Shown: piece by piece, positions 51,343 through 64,000 of the stretch
Layout: every line of letters begins with the position of its first letter
How positions within the stretch are numbered: position 1 is the stretch's first letter
Source: an uncultured Acidobacteriota bacterium
GTDB lineage: Bacteria; Acidobacteriota; Thermoanaerobaculia; Multivoradales; UBA5704
Direction of reading: 5' to 3'
Assembly: GCA_963770895.1 (NCBI GenBank)
Contig: CAVYRF010000002.1
Location: 4,416,001-4,480,000 of the forward strand
DNA length: 64,000 nucleotides
Translations under genes and position numbers: made by a program
The notes under the pieces: model-generated
What the model saw: the letters and a program-made list of their open reading frames with translations, nothing else
Told to the model about the DNA's origin: nothing
The model's database searches: none

Positions 51343-52842
51343 ATGGCTGATCCCCTGCTGACGAATGAAGCGAAGCTGGCGATACGGACCGAGGTCGAAA
51401 AGATCTTGGACCGTGAGCTGAGCAATCTGAAGCAGTCTGGCAAGATCCTTTCATGGCTTTTTGGCGTCGTGGTGGCGTTGCTGGGATGGTTAGGGTTCGC
51501 TACCTTCAGGGATCTCGCGAAGGGTGCGAAGGACATCGTTACGGTCAAGGTGACGGAGCTCATCAACAGCCAGGACTCGGAAACCGGGGTTAAGAGCAGG
51601 CTTGCCGAGTTGGTCAACCGCTCGGTCATCACAGCCCATCTGCTCGATGAGAAGAGGACCACCCAGCGAAATCTGAATCCGCATGCGGGCAGGGTGATCA
51701 CGGTGTCGTCCGCGCGGCCGCAGGCGGATCAGGATCTGGATTTGGACGATTGGAAACGATTGGGTAGATGGATCCAAGACCCAACACTCTCTGAATCCGA
51801 CTTCACCGATGCCCTCCTGCTGCTAGGGAGGCAGGGCGGCGATCGAGTCAAGCAAGATTGTCACGATTTTCTTGCCGCGATGGTCAATCCGCCAGAAAAG
51901 GGACAGTTTAGTTGGATGCGAGGGAAAGACTCCAAGCGCCGGGCCATCCTGGAGGTCTTTCGCGGTGCCGGCCTAGAGAGTGCCGCCTTGCAGATCGTGC
52001 TGAATCGACGCGAAAAGCTGGAGCTGCGCATTGCCTCACTGGGTTACCTTTCGGCAGTGAACTTCCGGCCGGCTGCGCGCGATCTGCTGCCGCTGGTGCA
52101 AGGCCAGGAAGAGCAGGCGTTGAAGGACCAGGCGCTTTACACCTGTGCGTCGCTGGATCCTCTCAGCAGCGAGATGGTGAAATTGGCACAGTCCGTCGCC
52201 AACGACGAAAAGACCGGCAAAAGCGATGCCGCAACCGACAGGGCGTTGAAGCTCGCGGCCGCTATCTGGTATGCACCGGTTACGATCGCAGCGAAGGGTG
52301 ACGACTTGCGGGCAGCGAAGCTGCAGGCGCTGATTGAAGGCGAGAAGCTGACGTTTTCGTCGCAGCTGATTGCCCCAGCACTACAGAATCAGCGCGCTTT
52401 TGTGATCAAGCTGAACGATCAGGCTGTCGGCTTCTATGTCAACGCGCTCGAGCCCTACAAATCCTTTGGCGTATCGATTGCTGACTTTCTGCAGTTCAAA
52501 CCTTACTGGGGCGTTCTTGCGCAAGTTGCCAACAAAGGCCAGCTGGCGCTGGTCGGTTGGATGGCGCCGCGCTCAGCATTGCAGGAGGGACTGTGGGCGC
52601 TGGCAGTGGCGGCGACTAGCAAAGGGAGCCTGAAGTCGGGTAAAGATTCGGTGGACGCATCCCACGCCAGCCGGATCGTGCTGGCGCGGACGGTGAACGC
52701 CGAGGCCAAGCGCAAGTGGGAGTCGTTGGAACTGCTGTGGACCGACACTGCATTGCGGGATCATGAGGGTCCACTTACGGATCTGCAAGGCACGGGGTTC
52801 GAATTCACCTTTCCTGATAGCCGAGCGAGCACGCACAACTGA
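51343..52842 (+). CDS. Hypothetical membrane-anchored protein (499 aa), helical/HEAT-like middle region
   Basis: Long open frame in lower-GC DNA; one N-terminal TM (ILSWLFGVVVALLGWLGF); no family recognised. Confidence 0.65.
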   Translation: MADPLLTNEAKLAIRTEVEKILDRELSNLKQSGKILSWLFGVVVALLGWLGFATFRDLAKGAKDIVTVKVTELINSQDSETGVKSRLAELVNRSVITAHLLDEKRTTQRNLNPHAGRVITVSSARPQADQDLDLDDWKRLGRWIQDPTLSESDFTDALLLLGRQGGDRVKQDCHDFLAAMVNPPEKGQFSWMRGKDSKRRAILEVFRGAGLESAALQIVLNRREKLELRIASLGYLSAVNFRPAARDLLPLVQGQEEQALKDQALYTCASLDPLSSEMVKLAQSVANDEKTGKSDAATDRALKLAAAIWYAPVTIAAKGDDLRAAKLQALIEGEKLTFSSQLIAPALQNQRAFVIKLNDQAVGFYVNALEPYKSFGVSIADFLQFKPYWGVLAQVANKGQLALVGWMAPRSALQEGLWALAVAATSKGSLKSGKDSVDASHASRIVLARTVNAEAKRKWESLELLWTDTALRDHEGPLTDLQGTGFEFTFPDSRASTHN

Positions 52843-52917
52843 GTAGACCGCGACCGGCGCTCCAGGCGCCGCGGCAGCGTCTACGTGTTCACCCCGGCCG
52901 ACCGGCGGCTGGACCAA

Positions 52918-53074
52918 CGCCGCGGCGCCGCGTTAGCCGCCGGCGTCGGTCGCTCTAACAAGAAGGGCGGAAAAGCGGGGTGGGATTGGCGCATCGCCGT
53001 CCGAACTCATCGGGGGCAAGCCGCCGGGACGTCTCCGCGGAAACGTTGACGGCTGCCGGCGGGCCAGGGCGCAC
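52918..53074. repeat. Imperfect ~160-bp direct repeat, copy 2
   Basis: GGTCGCTCTAACA at 52948-52960 and CGGAAACGTTGACGGCT at 53038-53054 match copy 1. Confidence 0.8.
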
Positions 53075-53103
53075 CTCGGGGCGGCAGTTTTGGTGGGTAG
53101 GGA

Positions 53104-53133
53104 GGCTGCGTGAGCCACGAGGATCACGCAGCC
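53104..53133. terminator. Hairpin downstream of the kinase gene
   Basis: GGCTGCGTGA-N10-TCACGCAGCC perfect 10-bp stem; no clear U-tract. Confidence 0.35.
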
Positions 53134-53232
53134 CCTCCGTCGATCGGTGCGAGTTAACCGGCGCGGAGGGCCAGCCGGCTGCTGGGCGCCAGGCCCGACC
53201 GCGGTCGCGGGCAAACCTGCGCCCCAGCTGGG

Positions 53233-56200
53233 CTAGCGGTGGCTGGCGGCGAGGGTGGCGGCGCGGGTGGCGAGGGCGGTGTAGCCGTGGGTGGTGGCGT
53301 CTTGCTGGACCGCGGCGGCGGCTTGGTGGACGTAGGGTTGGGGATGGTCGTTGCGGCTGCGCTCGGCGAGAGCCAGGGCGGATTCCAGGTGGAGCTCCAG
53401 GAGACCCCCGCGGTCGGCTTCGGTCTGGACCTGGTGGAGGGCGGTCAGAGCTTGGGCTTGGCTGGCGGGCGGCAGCAGGGTGGCGGCGCGCAGCTGGACG
53501 GTGAGGCGGATGCGCTGGTCCTGCACGGCGATGGGCTGCGGTGCCGGCGCGGCGGGGGCGGCGGCGATGGTTGCGGCGGTTGCTGATGCGGGGGCCGCGG
53601 TGGTGGCCGTCGCGGGGGTGGCGGGGGCCGGTGGTGGGGCGGCTGGGGGTGGTTGCAGCAGGGCGGTGGCGCGGCCGATGTCGGCGGCGGCGCGGTGGGG
53701 GTCGCCGGCGGCGGTGGCGGCGAGGGCGGCCAGGGAGAGGGCTTGGGACTGCTCGGCGTTGGCTCCCTGGTGCGCCAGGTCGTCGGCCAGGGCCTCGGCT
53801 TGATTGGCGATGGTGGCGAAGGTGGCGGTGGCCGGCGCCTGGGCGGCTGGCGCGCCGGCGCCGGCGGGTGCGGCGGCGGGGGGGCCTGGCGGCTGCGCGG
53901 CGCGGGCGGCGGCAAAGGCCAGCTCGGCCAGGGCCAGGCGGCTTTCGGCGACGGTGCCTTTTTCGCCCAGGGCGGTGCGCAGGTCGAGGGCGGACTGGTG
54001 GTCGCGGCGGGCGTCGTCCCAGCGGGCCTGGCGGGCGGAGATTTCGGCCAGGCCGTAGAGGGCGGCGGCGGTGGCGGTCTGGCTGGCGATGGCGCGGCTG
54101 GCGGTCAGGGCCTGCTGGAAGTCGCGGCCGGCGGCGTCCAGGTCGCCCTGGTCGAAATGGATGCTGCCGAGGTGGTTGAGGGAGGCGGCTTCGCCGGTCT
54201 TCTGGCCGGTGCGGCGGCGGATGGCGAGCGCCTCCTGGCAGCGGGCCAGGGCGGCCGGCAGATCGCCGCGGCGCCGCAGGGCGACGCCCAGGTTGTCCAG
54301 GGCGTAGGCTTCGCCGGCGCCGTCTCCCAGGGAGCGCCAGAGGGCCAGGGACTGCTGGTAGAGGGCGGCGGCGGCTTCGAGGTCGCCGCGGCGCAGCAGG
54401 ACGCCGGCCAGGTTGTTCTGGCTGTTGGCTTCGGCGCGGCGGCTGCCGAGCTCGCGGGCGATGACCAGGACCTGCTCGAAGAGCTGGCGCGCGCGGTCGA
54501 GGTCGCCCTGGCTGCGCAGGACGACGGCGATGTTGTTGAGCGCGCCGGCTTCGGCGCCGCGGCGGCCGATCTCGCGGTCGGTGGCGAGGGCCTGCTGGTA
54601 GAGCGCCAGGGCAGCCGGCAGGTCGCCGCGGTCGAAATGGACGTTGGCGGCGCCGGTCAAGGCTTCGGCGACGCCGGCGCGGTCGCCTGCCGCGGCGTCC
54701 AGGCGGCGGCCTTCGGCGCAGGCTGCCAGGGCTTCGTCGGCGCGGCCCAGGCTGCGCAGTGCCAGGCAGTCGAGCAGGCGGGCCTGTGCCACCAGGAGGG
54801 TCGCTCCCAGCGCCGCGGCGCGGCGGGCGGCATTGGCGGCGGCGGCGTGCTGGCGCGCGAAGTCCGAGTGGGCGCCGGCGGCGGTGGCCTCCGCCAGGTC
54901 GATGCGCGGGTCGTCGCGCATCGGCGCCGGCAGGGTGCGCAGGGTGCCGGTGGTCAAGAGCGCCGCCTGCGGCTGGCCGGCGGCGGTCTGGGCACCGGCC
55001 AGGCGCAGGCCGTAGTCGAGGTTGTCGGGGGTGAGCGACAGCAGGCGTCGGTAGATGTCCACCGCGGTGCCCAGCTCGCCGGTCGCCTCGCGGTAGCGGC
55101 CTTCGATCACCAGCCGGTCTTCCGCGGGCAGGCCGCTCGACAGCTCGAAGGCGGTCTTGGCTTCGGCGACGGCCTTGTCGTCGAAACCGAGCGTCGCCCA
55201 GGCGGCGGCCAGGCCGGAGTGGGCCAGGGCGCTGGCCGGGTCGGCCGCCACCGCCTGCACCAGCAGGTCGCGCGCCCCGACGGGATCGAAGAGACGCAGC
55301 TTCTGCATGCCTTCGGCGTACAGGCGCGCCGCTTCGGGGTTGGCGACCGCCGCGGCGTGGACGGGCGCGGCGGCGCCTGCCGCGTGCAGCTGGTCGCGCA
55401 GGCGGTCGCCGGCGTGGCTGACCAACTTGAGCAGGTCCGCCTGCGGGCCGGTTTCGGCGAAGGTGGCGGTTTCGCCGGTCAGGGCATCCTGCATCCGCAC
55501 GTCGAGGCGCACCTGCGCGGCGCTGCCGGCGCCCACCACCAGGTAGGAGCCGAGCACCACCGCGTCGCTGCCCAGGAGCGTCCGGATGCGCCCCAGGGTG
55601 TCGCGCGCCAGGCTGTCGGGCTGGCCCAGCTGCAGCTCCAGCTTGGCCCTCGCGACCTCCTCGCCGCCGATGACGCGCAGGCCGCCGCCCGCGCCCAGCT
55701 CGGTGGTCAGCATCTCGGCGAAGGCGGGCGACAGCCAGGCGGTTCCCGCGGCCCCCGACAGGTCGCGGAAGCCCAGCACCGCGACCGACCGGCGCGGCGT
55801 CACCTCGCCGCCGGGGGCGATCCCGGCTTCGGCGGCCGCCTTCGCCCGCCGCCAGGTGGTATAGCGGTACCAACCCACCGCCAGCGCCACCAGCACCAGC
55901 GCCGCCAGGGCGGCAAGCCGCCGCCCGCTGCGCCGCCGCTCCGCCGCCGCCGCGCCGCCGGCGGCGCTCGCCACCGCGGCGCCATCGGCCACGCTCGGCG
56001 GCACCGCGGCGTCGCCCACGTTTGCCGCCGCCGTCGCCGCGGCCGCCATCGCCGGCACCGCCGGATCGGCCCACGTGACCGCGCTTGTCCCTGTCGCCGC
56101 AGTGACCGCCGTAGCTCCCGCAGCCCCCGTATTCCCCATCCCCATGGATGCCGCCGTTGCCGCGGCTCCACCCGGTAGCGACGGGCTGCTCCCCGCCGGG

Positions 56201-57405
56201 CCGGGCGCCGGCGCCACGCCCGCCGCAGGGAGAGCCGCGGCCGCGCCGGCTTCGGGCGCGGTGAGCGCCGCGAGCACGTCGAGGGCGCTGGCGAAGCGGT
56301 CGGCCGGGTCGCGTGCCAGGCACCGCAGGATGGCGGCCTCCCAGCGCGGATCGAGATGCGGCGCATGCACCCGCGGCGACACCGGCAGCTCCTTGAGGCG
56401 CTTGACCGCGGTGGCCAGGACCGAGTCGCCGACGAAGGGCACGGTGCCGGTCGCCATCTCGTAGAGCACGATGCCGAGCGCGTAGACGTCGACGGCGGTG
56501 GTGATCTCCCCGCCTTCGACCTGCTCCGGCGCCAGGTAGGCGGGGGTGCCGACTAGGCCGCCGGCCACCGTGAGGGTAGGTGCCGCCGGGTCGTTGCCGC
56601 CGTCCAGACGCGCCAGGCCGAAGTCGGTGACGACCGCGCGCCAGCCGCCGCGGCCGGGGACCAGCACGATGTTGCCCGGCTTGAGGTCGCGGTGGATGAC
56701 GCCGACCTGGTGGGCGGCGTCCAGGCCGAGGCAGATCTGGCGGGCGATGGCCAGCACTTCGCCGGCCGGCAGCGGCCCGTCGCCGCGCAGGCGCGTCGCC
56801 AGCGTCTCGCCGACCAGCAGCTCCATGGTCAGGAAGATGACCGCCGGCCCGCCGCCGCCGGCGGGGCGGTGGTAGTAGACGTCGAAGATGCGGCAGACGT
56901 TGGGGTGGGTGACCTTGCGCGCCAGCTGGATCTCGCGCCGGAAGCGCTCGACCGCCATCGAGTCGGCCGCCGCTTCTGGGCGCACCGTCTTGAGCGCCAC
57001 GGCTTCGCGCAGCTCCAGGTCTTCGACCTCGTAGACCTCGCCCATGCCGCCCTGCGCCAGGAAGCGCACCACCCGGTAGCGCGCGGCGACCAGCTCGCCG
57101 GCCGCGAAGACCGGCGGCCGCGCCGCGGTGACGCCCACCGGCGACGCGGTGGGGGTGCCGATCAGCGGCGCCGTCTCACCTGCCGCGGACGAGCCGCCGG
57201 CCGCCGGCGCCCCGGCCGCCCCCGCCGCGCCGGCCGCCGGGGAAGAGCTGATCGGCGCCACACCCGGCCGCCGCACCCCGAACTGGGTCCTGCAGGCGGC
57301 GCACTGCACGCGCACCCGCGCCGGCCCGTCCAGCGGCAGCTCGAAGCGCAGGCGCTCGCCGCAACCGGGGCAGGTGACGGTGAACCGCGAAGACGATGCG
57401 CTCAT
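53233..57405 (-). CDS. Transmembrane Ser/Thr protein kinase with N-terminal zinc ribbon, TolB_N-like region and TPR repeats
   Basis: CPGC..CAAC; GGMGEVY, VALK, HRDLKPGN, DFGLA, GTPAYLAPE; one TM; SVAVLGF; repeated A..LNNLG TPR units; start MSASSSR. Confidence 0.92.
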   Translation of the reverse strand: MSASSSRFTVTCPGCGERLRFELPLDGPARVRVQCAACRTQFGVRRPGVAPISSSPAAGAAGAAGAPAAGGSSAAGETAPLIGTPTASPVGVTAARPPVFAAGELVAARYRVVRFLAQGGMGEVYEVEDLELREAVALKTVRPEAAADSMAVERFRREIQLARKVTHPNVCRIFDVYYHRPAGGGGPAVIFLTMELLVGETLATRLRGDGPLPAGEVLAIARQICLGLDAAHQVGVIHRDLKPGNIVLVPGRGGWRAVVTDFGLARLDGGNDPAAPTLTVAGGLVGTPAYLAPEQVEGGEITTAVDVYALGIVLYEMATGTVPFVGDSVLATAVKRLKELPVSPRVHAPHLDPRWEAAILRCLARDPADRFASALDVLAALTAPEAGAAAALPAAGVAPAPGPAGSSPSLPGGAAATAASMGMGNTGAAGATAVTAATGTSAVTWADPAVPAMAAAATAAANVGDAAVPPSVADGAAVASAAGGAAAAERRRSGRRLAALAALVLVALAVGWYRYTTWRRAKAAAEAGIAPGGEVTPRRSVAVLGFRDLSGAAGTAWLSPAFAEMLTTELGAGGGLRVIGGEEVARAKLELQLGQPDSLARDTLGRIRTLLGSDAVVLGSYLVVGAGSAAQVRLDVRMQDALTGETATFAETGPQADLLKLVSHAGDRLRDQLHAAGAAAPVHAAAVANPEAARLYAEGMQKLRLFDPVGARDLLVQAVAADPASALAHSGLAAAWATLGFDDKAVAEAKTAFELSSGLPAEDRLVIEGRYREATGELGTAVDIYRRLLSLTPDNLDYGLRLAGAQTAAGQPQAALLTTGTLRTLPAPMRDDPRIDLAEATAAGAHSDFARQHAAAANAARRAAALGATLLVAQARLLDCLALRSLGRADEALAACAEGRRLDAAAGDRAGVAEALTGAANVHFDRGDLPAALALYQQALATDREIGRRGAEAGALNNIAVVLRSQGDLDRARQLFEQVLVIARELGSRRAEANSQNNLAGVLLRRGDLEAAAALYQQSLALWRSLGDGAGEAYALDNLGVALRRRGDLPAALARCQEALAIRRRTGQKTGEAASLNHLGSIHFDQGDLDAAGRDFQQALTASRAIASQTATAAALYGLAEISARQARWDDARRDHQSALDLRTALGEKGTVAESRLALAELAFAAARAAQPPGPPAAAPAGAGAPAAQAPATATFATIANQAEALADDLAHQGANAEQSQALSLAALAATAAGDPHRAAADIGRATALLQPPPAAPPPAPATPATATTAAPASATAATIAAAPAAPAPQPIAVQDQRIRLTVQLRAATLLPPASQAQALTALHQVQTEADRGGLLELHLESALALAERSRNDHPQPYVHQAAAAVQQDATTHGYTALATRAATLAASHR

Positions 57406-57416
57406 CGGCGCCTCGC

Positions 57417-58139
57417 TCAGCCGTAGTGCGAGCCGGGATAGAGAAGGTTGATGGCGAGCAGCTGGACGGGGCGGTAGATGGGGCCGAACAGCTGCCAGGC
57501 CACCACCAGGCCGAGCAGCGACATGTAGGGCTGCGCCTGGAGCGCCGCGTAGCGTTCGGCGCCCCGCGGGCTGAGCAGCGCCGGCACGACGGCGCTGCCG
57601 TCCAGCGGCGGCAGCGGCAGGAGGTTGAAGATGCACAGCAGCAGGTTGAGGGAGAAGACCAGCGACAGCGGCACCACGGCGCCGCCTGCCAGCCCGGCGC
57701 CGCCCGTGGCGCTCTCCGTGACCTGGGTGAAGGAGACGCGTTCCGGCGACGTGAAGAGGCCGCCGGCGACGCCGAGGCGGATCGCCGCCCCCGCCAGCAG
57801 CACCAGCGACAGGTTGGCCGCCGGTCCCGCCAGCGCCATCACCGCCGCCCGGCGCGGATAGCGGCGCGCCCACAGCGGGTCGAACGGCGCGCTGGCCCAG
57901 CCCATCATCCAGCCCTGGGCGAAGAAGGTGACGAGCGGCACGACGATCATGCCCACCGGTTCGCGCCGGATGTGCGGCAGCGGGTTGAGGGTGACCTGGC
58001 CGCCGTGATACGCCGTGGCGTCGCCCAGCCGGTAGGCGGCGAAGGCGTGCGCGGCTTCGTGCAGGGTGGTGGAGAACAGGAAGACCAGAAACCAGGTGAA
58101 CCCCAACGCCAGCGTGTGAATCGTCAGCGGGGACTCCAC
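57417..58139 (-). CDS. Site-2 protease (M50 family)
   Basis: HEAAH, TLNPLPHI, AGPAAN, FNLLPLPPLDG. Confidence 0.93.
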   Translation of the reverse strand: MESPLTIHTLALGFTWFLVFLFSTTLHEAAHAFAAYRLGDATAYHGGQVTLNPLPHIRREPVGMIVVPLVTFFAQGWMMGWASAPFDPLWARRYPRRAAVMALAGPAANLSLVLLAGAAIRLGVAGGLFTSPERVSFTQVTESATGGAGLAGGAVVPLSLVFSLNLLLCIFNLLPLPPLDGSAVVPALLSPRGAERYAALQAQPYMSLLGLVVAWQLFGPIYRPVQLLAINLLYPGSHYG

Positions 58140-58152
58140 GAGGTCTGGCCGA

Positions 58153-58710
58153 TCAGGCGCGGCTCATGTACTTGTCTTCGCGGGTGTCGATGAGAATCTT
58201 GTTGCCCACCTCGACGAACGGCGGCACCTGGATCACCAGGCCGGTTTCCATCTTGGCCGGCTTGTAGGAGGCGCTGGCGGTCGCGCCCCGCATGCTGGGT
58301 TCTGTGTCGACCACTTCCAGCGTCACGGTGTTGGGCAGGTCGATGCCGACCGGACGGTCCTCGTAGAAGTCGACGGTGATCACGGTGTTGGGCAGCAGGT
58401 AGAGCATGGACGTGCCCAGCGTCTCATCGTCCATGGTGATCTGCTCGTAGTTGGCCTGGTTCATGAAGTGGTGGCCCGAGTTGTCGGAGTACAGGTACTC
58501 CATCGGGTGCGTGTCGAGGATCGCCCGCTCGACTTTTTCGGTCGAGCCGAAGCGGTGCTCGAAGCTGTTGCCGCTCTTCAGGCTGCGCATCTTGGCCTGG
58601 ACGAAGCCGCGCCAGTTGCCGGGCGTGACGTGGTGCACGTGCATGAGGCGGCAGATGTCCCCTTCGAAGAGGATGCACATGCCGTTTCGCATTTGGGTTG
58701 CCTGGATCAA
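58153..58710 (-). CDS. efp: Elongation factor P (PGNW loop variant)
   Basis: MEYLYSD, FMN..YEQ, KPAKMETGLVIQVPPFV, IDTR..Y.SRA; TTG start after GGGAG. Confidence 0.95.
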   Translation of the reverse strand: MIQATQMRNGMCILFEGDICRLMHVHHVTPGNWRGFVQAKMRSLKSGNSFEHRFGSTEKVERAILDTHPMEYLYSDNSGHHFMNQANYEQITMDDETLGTSMLYLLPNTVITVDFYEDRPVGIDLPNTVTLEVVDTEPSMRGATASASYKPAKMETGLVIQVPPFVEVGNKILIDTREDKYMSRA

Positions 58711-58792
58711 AACTCGCTCTCCCAGTTCAGTGAATGAGAACACTCGGCGCGGGGGCCAAGGATATCACGCGGGGCCAAGCGGGCCGTCCGCG

Positions 58793-60883
<2,091 letters not shown>

Positions 60884-60920
60884 CGTCAGACCTCCATGGA
60901 AGGGCGCGAATCAACGGCAG

Positions 60921-61047
60921 AATATAACACAGCGGTTGCTGGACGGCCGTCGGATTGTCACACCCTAAACGCTGGATACTGCGCGGGTTACCGGCTGAGG
61001 CCAAAGCCGCTGTCGGGTTGACTGGACCCCGGTGGACGCCCTAGAAT
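60921..61047. promoter_or_regulatory. Divergent sigma70-like promoters
   Basis: Minus strand: extended -10 TG-n-TATATT (60929-60921). Plus strand: TTGACT (61018-61023)-N18-TAGAAT (61042-61047). Confidence 0.5.
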
Positions 61048-61071
61048 GGGCTGCCGAAACGCGCGTGAGCC

Positions 61072-63924
<2,853 letters not shown>

Positions 63925-64000
63925 CGGCGCCCACATCGCCAACAGCGCCAGTATCGCCACCATCGCCGACGTCGTCTACGGTGCGCACGTGCACCTGGCC

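Noticed and set aside
47710-52960. Integron cassette array (CTAAC / GTTAGCC motifs near island genes)
   Set aside because: No paired R''/R' and L boxes forming attC hairpins between the genes, and no IntI in the window

Overview
Very GC-rich bacterial DNA. Gene content and protein style (str-S10-spc-alpha order with adk-map-infA-rpmJ, EF-P with a PGNW loop, ECF sigma plus zf-HC2 partner, TPR Ser/Thr kinases) suggest Acidobacteriota, possibly Thermoanaerobaculia-like; this is inference only. The centre (21.6-42.5 kb) is the complete ribosomal-protein superoperon from rpsL to rplQ. It has a clear sigma70 promoter and a ~370-nt hairpin-rich leader, and five r-proteins carry long low-complexity extensions. 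The left arm holds membrane and peptide-handling genes, MITE-like palindromes, a His-rich PadR regulator, an ECF/anti-sigma pair, and an unannotated 49-aa Cys-rich double-glycine peptide gene behind a CxxC thioredoxin-like gene. The right arm holds two M48 peptidases, an MFS transporter, a VapBC pair and an EF-G2/EF-P/site-2-protease/kinase block. It also holds a lower-GC ~5.2-kb island bounded by imperfect direct repeats. The island encodes a secreted EreA/ChaN-like protein, an MvdC/D-like ATP-grasp ligase and a 45-aa double-glycine precursor (core TICSCAGEYDDSDFSY), i.e. a candidate novel graspetide RiPP system. I saw no rRNA, tRNA or CRISPR array. All calls come from reading motifs by eye; no searches were run.
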